A stretch of DNA of 17,638 nt from Octopus sinensis (taxonomy: Eukaryota): NCBI RefSeq assembly GCF_006345805.1, contig NW_021824791.1, positions 1 through 17,638 of the forward strand, read 5' to 3'. The notes under the pieces are model-generated. The model was not told the origin of the DNA. It did not search any database and saw only the letters and a list, made by a program, of their open reading frames with translations. A program made the position numbers and the translations under genes. This document shows positions 10,738 through 17,638 of the stretch, piece by piece; within the stretch, counting starts at the first letter, position 1, and each line of letters opens with the position of its first letter.

Positions 10738-10813
10738 TACATACATACATACATGCATGCATACATGCATACATGCATACATACATGCATACATACATGC
10801 ATACATGCACACA

Positions 10814-10847
<34 letters not shown>

Positions 10848-10878
10848 CATACATACATACATACATGCATACATACAT
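10738..10878. repeat. (CATA/CATG)n microsatellite
   Basis: Direct inspection. Confidence 0.95.
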
Positions 10879-10879
10879 T

Positions 10880-11158
10880 CCCTATTGTTGATACTGAAAT
10901 TCCAATGAAGGAGCTTTGAATCTAGGTTAGAAACCGACTCTTTCTCTATTGGTCAGAAATCTTGAAATAAAACTGAATACTGACATACATACATGCATAG
11001 ATACGTAGATACATTCATACATGAATACATTTATGCAAACAAAAATACCCTGTTGTTGATGTTGAAATTCCAGTGAAGCAGCCTTGGATCTAGGTTGGAA
11101 ACCGACTCTTTCTCTATTGGCAAGACATCTTGAAATAAAACTGAACAATGACTGACAT
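10880..11158 (+). repeat. Two direct copies of a ~105-bp unit (10880-10985, 11048-11158) in (CATA)n, with a degenerate hammerhead-like layout
   Basis: Both read gaaattcca.tgaag.agc.ttg.atctaggtt.gaaaccgactctttctctattgg...atcttgaaataaaactgaa. Confidence 0.85.
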
Positions 11159-11214
11159 ATATACATACATACAGACATACATACATAAATACATACATTC
11201 ATACATATATACAT

Positions 11215-11345
11215 CCGACGAGCTTCCACATACAGCTTCTGATGACCATGTTCACTCATAAGGCAGCAAAAACTTGCTCATGGTGTCACGCAGTGGCACT
11301 GAATCAAAATCCATTTGGTTACAAAGCGAGCCACACACCCATACC
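11215..11345 (-). mobile_element. Decayed, internally deleted 5' half of a family 1-like SINE
   Basis: acttgctcatggtgtcacgcagtggcactgaa...tggtt is the diverged RC of the head at 12489-12580. Confidence 0.6.
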
Positions 11346-11913
11346 GGTTCACTTTTTATTTTGTCATATATTTCTAAGCTTACGTTTATTTTCACGGAGA
11401 CTTTCCCCAAATGTATTTGAGGGAGATTTAGCTGCTCTTTTTTGGAGATCATATGACCACATAAAGGCTCCTTTCTTATCTGATCTTTTTGTTTTTTCGT
11501 TTCTCTGTGATTTCTTTGAAGCGTTACGTCAACCGGAAATGGAATATTAGACGCAACTGAATAATGTCTAAGAAACAATAGAATATGAACTGAAAATGCA
11601 AAAATGTTCCAAAGAATCATTTCTATCGACTATTCCGTACCGTATTCTATTGTTTCTGTTATCTCACAACCATTATTTGGTCAAAGAATATTCTGAACAA
11701 AGGAATACGTGACTATTAAAAGGCAATAAGGAAACAAAGAATGGTTAAGACACCAACAACGAAAAGCTTCGATATTTTTTTCTTTTCAGAATATGGCGCA
11801 GCCATGTCTGTGAGTGTGTGTGTGCATATGTGTGTGTGAGAGAGAAGGGGAGAGAGAGGGAGGGGATTGTGTGTGCGTGTGCGTGTGTGTGTGTGTAGTT
11901 TTGTGTATATGTA

Positions 11914-12400
11914 CAAGGGAGAATCAAATATTATACGTACTCTTGTTTTTTCAATGTATTTACGTAAAAGCAGGGAATAAACAATAACCAAGTACGCCAT
12001 TTTTCTATATAGTCTCCTTCCTTTTCGATGCACTTGGCCCAGTGGTTCACAAGTTTGCGTAATCTCTCCATGAAGAAGCTTTTCAGTTGGTCGTGCGGCC
12101 ATTTATGCACCGTTTCCTTCTCATCTTCATCCGTAGGAAATCGACGACGTCGTAAACCATCTTTGAGCGGTCCAAAGATATGATAGTCAGAAGGTGCGAG
12201 ATCTGGTCTGTAGGCAGGTTGTTTCAGCAGCTCAAAACCCAATTGGTTAATGGTTTCAACGGTCTGGGCGGCTGTTCCTGGGCGTGTATTGTCATGCGAC
12301 AACAAAACTTTCTTCGACAATAGGTTTCGGCGTTAGGTGCGAATTGCTGGCTTCAGTTTGTTGGTCAGTAAAGCACTGTGTCTTGCGCTGGTGATCGTAC
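11914..12400 (-). mobile_element. Mariner 3' half with terminal inverted repeat
   Basis: TA at 11912-11913 followed by TIR-like caagggagaatcaaatattatacgtact (11914-11941), adjacent to the transposase C-terminus. Confidence 0.8.
11997..12400 (-). pseudogene. Mariner transposase catalytic C-terminal relic (D34D)
   Basis: TITSARHSALLTNKLKPAIRT*RRNLLSKKVLLSHDNTRP...PAYRPDLAPSDYHIFGPLK...WAKCIEKEGDYIEK; 34 residues between the HDN and PSD aspartates; in-frame stop; first catalytic D and HTH absent. Confidence 0.95.
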
Positions 12401-12488
12401 AATGATCGCAAAAATGACTACCAGCCAAGCGCGGGTGAAGTTCTCTCTTCCTGCACCTGGATATGTTGCTCAATCAAAGTGTACCCAT

Positions 12489-12706
12489 AGACGTAGGCGT
12501 GGCTGTGTGGTAAGAAGTTTGCTTCTCAATCACAAGGTTCCTGGTTCAGTCCCACTGCGTTACACCTTGGGCAAGTACCTTCAGTTATAGCCTCGGGCTG
12601 ATCAAAGCCTTGTGAATGGATTTGGTAGACGTAAACTGAAAGAAACCGGTCGTACATACACATACACACACATACACACACATACACACACACATACACA
12701 TGTATG

Positions 12707-12738
<32 letters not shown>

Positions 12739-13390
12739 TGTATGTATGTATGTAGTGGCGGACTGGGTCTAAAAATATTGGTTTCCAGGAGACTAAGGAG
12801 GCCCAACGCAGCTACAATGCTAGTATTTATTTTTACTTATTTCTTTTTTTAAAGTATTCTTTTCAACTGTATACAAACACAGCCAAGCTGAAATAATCAA
12901 TGCATTCTTCTGCGCCATTATAATCCATATATGGGTGCCCATTAGATACTAACATGGGCACCCATATATAGACTCTAATGGCGCAGATGCCACGTGCCAT
13001 CGAGCAAGATGGCAACCTGTATGTATGTAAACATGTATGTATGTATGTATGTATGTATGTATGTATGTATGTATGTATGTATGAATGTATGTATGTATGT
13101 ATGTATGTATGTATGTATGTATGAATGTATGTATGTATGTATGTATGTATGTATGTATTATCTGCTTGTCTGTGTTTGTCCTCCTATCAAACCTTGACAA
13201 CTGATGCTGGTGTGTTTATGACCCCGTAACTTAGCAGCTAAACAAAACAGAACCCGATAGAATAAATACTAGGCATACAAAGAATATGTCCTAGGGTCGA
13301 TTTCTTCGACTAAAACCCTTTAAGGCGTAGCTCCTGCATGGCCGCAGTCAAATGACTGAAAAAAGTAAAAGAATAAAAGAATAAAAGAAA
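12489..13390 (+). mobile_element. Family 1 SINE split in its internal microsatellite (5' half 12489-12655, 3' half ~13160-13390)
   Basis: Head ggcgtggctgtgtggtaag...ggttcagtccc; 3' half tgtctgtgtttgtcc...ggccgcagtcaaatgactgaa with (AAAAGAAT)n tail. Confidence 0.85.
12753..13019. mobile_element. Insert within (TATG)n with DNA-transposon-like ends and an internal 34-bp-arm hairpin
   Basis: Begins tagtggcggactgg and ends gatggcaacctg (both hAT-like termini but not mutually complementary); hairpin at 12909-12987. Confidence 0.45.
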
Positions 13391-13583
13391 ATTCTTTTCT
13401 ACTCTAGGCACAAGGCCTGAAATTTTGTGGGAGGGAGGCCAGTCGATTAGATTGACATCAGTACGCAACTGGTACATAGTTTATCGACCCCGAAAGGATG
13501 AAAGGCAAAGTCGACCACGGCGGAATTTGAACTCAGAACGTAAAAACGGACGAAATGATGATAAGCATTTTCTCCGGCGTGCT
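13391..13583 (-). mobile_element. Family 2 SINE, tail type A
   Basis: RC of 13670-13859; Nin-like cgaccccgaaaggatgaaaggcaaagtcgac. Confidence 0.9.
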
Positions 13584-13597
13584 ATTATTATTATTAC

Positions 13598-13629
<32 letters not shown>

Positions 13630-13642
13630 TATTATTATTATT
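13583..13642. repeat. (ATT)n microsatellite
   Basis: Direct inspection. Confidence 0.95.
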
Positions 13643-13651
13643 AAAAAATCA

Positions 13652-14828
13652 AGGTGGCGTGATGGCAGAAACGTTAGCACGCCGAGCAAACTGCTTTGCT
13701 ACATTTCGTCCGTCTTTACGTTCTGAATTCAAATTCCGCCGAGGTCTACTTTGCCTTTCATCCTTTCGGAGTCGACAAATTAAGTACCAGCTGCGTACTG
13801 GGGTCGATCTAATCGACTGCCCCCAAATTCCAGTCCTTGTGCCTAGAGTAGAATAGAATCGTTAGCACGCCGGGCGAAATGCCTAGCAGTATTTCGTCTG
13901 CCGCTAAGTTCTGAGTTCAAATTCCGCCGAGGTCGACTTTGCCTTTCATCCTTTCGGGGTCGATATTTTAAGTACCAGTTACGCACTGGGGTCGATATAA
14001 TCGACTTAATTCGTTTGTCTGTCCTTGTTCGTCCCTTCTGTGTTTAGCTCCTTGTGGGTAGTAAAGAAATAGGTATTTTGTCCACCTTTCGAGGTGGATA
14101 AAATAAGCAACAGTCACGCACTGGGGTCGATGTAATTTACTAGTCCCCTACCCACAAATTTTAGGCCTTGTGCCTATAGCAGAAAGGATTATTATTACTA
14201 TTAAAAGGCAGTGAGCTGGCAGAATACTTAGCGGCATTTCGTCCGTCTTTAAAAGTTCTGAGTTCAAATGCCGACGACGTCGACTTTGCACGTCATCCTT
14301 TCGGGGTTGTTAAATAAGTACCAGTTGAGTACTGGGGTCGATGTAATTGACTAGGTCACTCCCCGTAAAATTTCAGGCTTTTTGCCTATAGTAGACAGGA
14401 TTGTGAAAGGTGTTAAGGAGACGAGTTGGCAGAATCGTTAGCACGCCGGGCAAAATGCTTATCGGCATTTCGTCCGTCTTTTCGCTCTGAGTTCAAATTC
14501 CGCCGAGGTCGACTTTACCTTTCAGCCTTCCGGGGGGAGGTAACCAAAAAGCCTTTGATGCCCTAAGCACGTATTTAGTTTGCTTAACGGTTGATCCGGC
14601 GCTGACCACGGGCCGATATATTTCGGTTTGCGACCGCTTCAAGTCTCTCCAGTCACCTTTATGAAGATATATCATAACTCTTGAAAGACACGGTGTATAA
14701 AAGTAAGGCACCATATCCTGGAAGGAAAGAGTGGGGAAAAAAGTTGAGAAATAGGGGTCGATGTAAGCGATTTACCCCCACTCACCCTGATATTGCTGGC
14801 CTTGTGCAAATATTTGTATCCCTTATTA
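13652..14828 (+). mobile_element. Head-to-tail cluster of five family 2 SINE copies (13652-13859, 13855-14073, 14074-14197 partial, 14205-14402, 14415-14537 plus ~14742-14828)
   Basis: Recurring tggcagaa.cgttagcacgccg, gagttcaaattccgccgaggtcgactttgcctttcatcctttcggggtcga and ctggggtcgat.taat.gact blocks. Confidence 0.88.
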
Positions 14829-14849
14829 TAAAAGGTGTCCCAACCGTCA

Positions 14850-15410
14850 CTTACTCTTTCTTCCTTTCTTTCCTTTTTTCTCTCTTTCTTTCTTTCTTTC
14901 TTTCTTCTTTATTACTCTCATTCCTTCTTTCTTTCCTTCTTTCTTTCTTTCTTTCTTTCTTTCCTTCTCTCTTTCTTTCCTTTTCTCTGACTTTCTTCCT
15001 TCTCCCCTTCTCTCTCTTCCTTTCCATCTTCCTTTCTTTCATTCTTTCCTTCCTTCTTTTCTTCCTTCTTCCTTCTCTCTTTCTTTCTTTCTTCCTTTCT
15101 TTCCCTCTGTCTTTCTTTCTTTCCTTCCTTCTTCCTTCTTTCTTTATTTCATTCCTTCTTTCTTTCTCTCCTTTTTTCTTCCTTCTTTCCTTCCTCTCTT
15201 TCTTCCTTTTTCCTTCTTTCTTTCTTCCTTTCTTTCATTCTTTTCGTTTTCTTTCTTTCTTTCTTCGTTTTTTCCAACTTTCTTTCCTTCTTCTCTTTCT
15301 TTCCTCCTTTCTTCCTTTTTTCCATCTTTCTTCCTTTTTTACCTTCTTTTCTTTCTTCTCTTTCTTCCTTTCTTTCTTTCCTTCTTTCTTTCTCTCTCTC
15401 TTCATTTATT
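14850..15410. repeat. Pyrimidine-rich (TTTC/TTCC)n low-complexity tract
   Basis: Almost only C/T; explains the 282-aa F/L/S ORF. Confidence 0.97.
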
Positions 15411-15412
15411 TA

Positions 15413-15650
15413 CTTTCAACGCATGGCTCTTTGTTGACTCTTTGTCCCGGCTTCCTGTTCATGACAAAAGTCGCAGACTTCAGTAGACCTGTGATTGCGA
15501 AATCACAAACTTCACAACTTACAAAGTAAACACAGCAATATCACTCTGCCTCACGAAGGTCACTGCTAGCTCTCACTGCGCATACAACGGTGTGCTGCTA
15601 TCTGTTGGCGCTCTACAGAACTAGAACGGAAACATTTTGATACCACATCG
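15413..15650 (-). mobile_element. Mariner 5' end relic (TIR, 5' UTR and first codons)
   Basis: Minus strand TA-cgatgtggtatcaaaatgtttccgttct is mariner-TIR-like; ATG at 15462 gives [16 protein letters not shown], resembling the mariner N-terminal EQRxxIKFCV motif. Confidence 0.6.
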
Positions 15651-15652
15651 TA

Positions 15653-15710
15653 TTTTATCGATCTCGAAACGATAAAAACCAAGTCGACCTCAGCGTCATT
15701 CGGAATTAGA
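15653..15710 (-). mobile_element. Small decayed family 2 SINE fragment
   Basis: ttttatcgatctcgaaacgataaaaaccaagtcgacctcagcg resembles tttatcgaccccgaaaggatgaaaggcaaagtcgaccacggcg at 13481-13523. Confidence 0.55.
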
Positions 15711-15727
15711 TGTTTTGAGTGCAAAAA

Positions 15728-15728
15728 A

Positions 15729-15790
<62 letters not shown>

Positions 15791-15798
15791 GTATACTA

Positions 15799-15848
<50 letters not shown>

Positions 15849-15898
15849 TATTATGTATGTTATAATATACCACACACACCACACATTATGTATGTATG

Positions 15899-15939
<41 letters not shown>

Positions 15940-15997
15940 GTACACATTGAACACATAGATAGATAAACATTTATGTATTATATACATATATATGATA

Positions 15998-16030
<33 letters not shown>
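15728..16030. repeat. (ATCT)n and (TA)n microsatellite block
   Basis: Direct inspection. Confidence 0.95.
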
Positions 16031-16240
16031 ACGGGAATATATTATTATAATAAAACAAAAAAAAGACGAAGGCAGGTGGAATACAAACAAACAATTGTAT
16101 TAGTATGGCGCTCAGGAATATAATTAAAACAAGTCTTTTACGTTTCGAGCCTACGCTCATCAACAGAAAGATACACAGAAAAAAACAAGGAGAGAAACAA
16201 GGAAAGAAAAAAACTGCGTGCAGAAGCTAGCGAATCAACA
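16030..16240 (-). mobile_element. (TA)n-embedded element with a minimal hammerhead-like motif, copy 2
   Basis: Matches 9244-9430; minus strand 16171-16134 reads TCTTT-CTGTTGA-T-GAGC-gtag-GCTC-GAAACGT-A-AAAGA. Confidence 0.75.
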
Positions 16241-16468
16241 TGTATATATATATAAAAGAGATAATGGTGTCATTGAGACCCATATGTGTCAGGTAATGCT
16301 GAATAAGTGCTATAGACAGACCATAGTAAAGTTCCAGATTCGGTAATATGTCGAATAAAGGGTTCAATGTTCGTTCTATGTCACCATGTGTATATAAAAT
16401 TTTTTTGCGTAATACGATTTTTAAAAAACCCAAGACTGTGTAGATATTAGAACATTTATAGATAGAAG

Positions 16469-16520
16469 ATCTTACAGCTGTTTCTAAGATATTTATTAAT
16501 TATATCCCTTCATCGGAGAC
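16469..16520 (-). ncRNA. Minimal type I hammerhead ribozyme (U4C core variant)
   Basis: Minus strand GUCU-CCGAUGA-agggauau-aauuaauaa-auaucuua-GAA-AC-agcu-GU-A-AGAU; stem I closes with a G-U pair. Confidence 0.68.
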
Positions 16521-16739
16521 AGTGTGAGAGAATAGTTAAGTCATAGTTAGTTTAGATGTGATACAAAATCGAGGGTGAGATGGAGGAAATAAAATAGATG
16601 CATATATACTATTATGCCTAAAAAATGGATTTACAACTTCAATACCCATACATATCTTGTATCTATTTTCTTTCCTCTACCTCATTCTCTATTTTATATC
16701 ACATCTAAACTAACTATGACTTAACTATCCTCTCACACC

Positions 16740-16791
16740 GTCTCCGATGAAGGGATATAATTAATAAATATCCTAGAAACAGCTGTAAGAC
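16740..16791 (+). ncRNA. Minimal type I hammerhead ribozyme (U4C core variant), predicted GUA cleavage after 16787
   Basis: GUCU (stem I)-CCGAUGA (16744-16750)-a-GGGAUAU/AUAUCCU (stem II)-a-GAAAC (16776-16780)-agcu-GU-A-AGAC (stem I); stem III ACAGCUGU is palindromic. Confidence 0.72.
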
Positions 16792-16869
16792 CTTCTATGT
16801 ATAAATGCTCTAATATCTACACAGCCTTGGTTTTTTTTATCTTATTACGCAAAAAGTTCTTATATGCAT

Positions 16870-17009
16870 ATATATGTGTGTGTGTGTGTGTATGCGTATA
16901 TATACATGTATGCAAATACATTATGTGTAACATATACATATATATATACATGTATGTAAGTATAGTACATAAATTTGTTTGCGTCCGCGCGTGCACGGTT
17001 GTATGCGCG

Positions 17010-17040
<31 letters not shown>

Positions 17041-17060
17041 TGTGTGTGTGCGTGCGTGGC
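16870..17060. repeat. (TG)n/(TA)n microsatellite region
   Basis: Direct inspection. Confidence 0.85.
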
Positions 17061-17274
17061 TGCATATATGCATTAGTTAATGGGGAACAGCTTAAGTTCT
17101 AACATTTGAAAAAAAAAATTATGAAGAAAACTTTCATAAAATGATAAAAATTACATTATATAAACACACACACATACATATTGAAACAGATCCACACGTC
17201 CACATACATACAACTACACAAACACGCGCGCTTCCACACACATACATCTATATATATATATATCCAAACGAATC

Positions 17275-17317
<43 letters not shown>

Positions 17318-17638
17318 CACACGGATATATGTATATATATGCACGCGTGTATGTGTCTAAAATACAAATTAAAACAAACAAAAAATAGGAAAAACAGAGA
17401 CAAAAACATATGCTTTATGTATGATATGTTCCATATCCAATCAGGAGGGAGTGTCGTTACACGTGACTTCTCTCAGAACAATATACACACACGCACGTGC
17501 AGGCAACGATTAAACTTGACACCGTGTATATATTTGATTGCATATATGCGCATGTGTATTTGAACGTATATCTATATGTGTATATGTATATGTTTGTGTG
17601 TGTGTGGGGGGGGGGAAGAGAATGAATACAGGGTGAAA

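Larger units (their letters stand above)
16386..16871. repeat. Long inverted repeat (arms 16386-16602 and 16658-16871, ~55-nt spacer), probably inverted Penelope-like pseudo-LTRs
   Basis: Arms are reverse complements over ~215 bp (e.g. atagttaagtcatagttagtttagatgtgata / tatcacatctaaactaactatgacttaactat); each arm holds a hammerhead. Confidence 0.92.

Noticed and set aside
11239-11245. Isolated CTGATGA
   Set aside because: Lies in a decayed SINE with no stem II, GAAA or stem I partner; likely a chance match.
5548-12400. N-terminal (5.5 kb) and C-terminal (12 kb) transposase fragments as one split gene
   Set aside because: Opposite strands, different TIR sequences, and both carry stops or frameshifts.
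13425-13856. 143-aa ORF with a hydrophobic stretch
   Set aside because: Made of two inverted SINEs and an (ATT)n repeat.
13652-14540. CRISPR-like or satellite array
   Set aside because: Units are ~200-bp diverged SINE copies without unique spacers, in a eukaryotic context.
14681-15529. 282-aa ORF resembling a hydrophobic membrane protein
   Set aside because: It is the translation of a C/T-only low-complexity tract plus SINE and mariner remnants.
11914-15650. One mariner spanning 11914-15650, interrupted by SINEs
   Set aside because: Orientation fits, but the two TIRs match at only about 17 of 28 positions (generic mariner similarity) and the middle of the transposase is absent.

Overview
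AT-rich, repeat-saturated eukaryotic non-coding DNA (intronic or intergenic). The SINE families and very dense (TA)n/(TATG)n/(CA)n microsatellites suggest an octopus (coleoid cephalopod) genome; this is recognition from memory, not a database result. No intact protein-coding gene is supported, and nearly all listed ORFs are microsatellite or low-complexity artefacts. Supported content: (i) many copies of two tRNA-derived SINE families, one CORE-like and one Nin/Deu-like, including a tail-to-tail SINE palindrome and a SINE pile-up at 13.4-14.8 kb; (ii) three Tc1/mariner relics, one built from two inverted 5' ends and one carrying the D34D catalytic half; (iii) several short non-coding elements set in or beside microsatellites that carry minimal type I hammerhead ribozyme (HHR) motifs like those of Penelope-like element pseudo-LTRs. 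The best HHR example is a ~490-bp inverted repeat at 16386-16871 with a structurally complete hammerhead fold in each arm.
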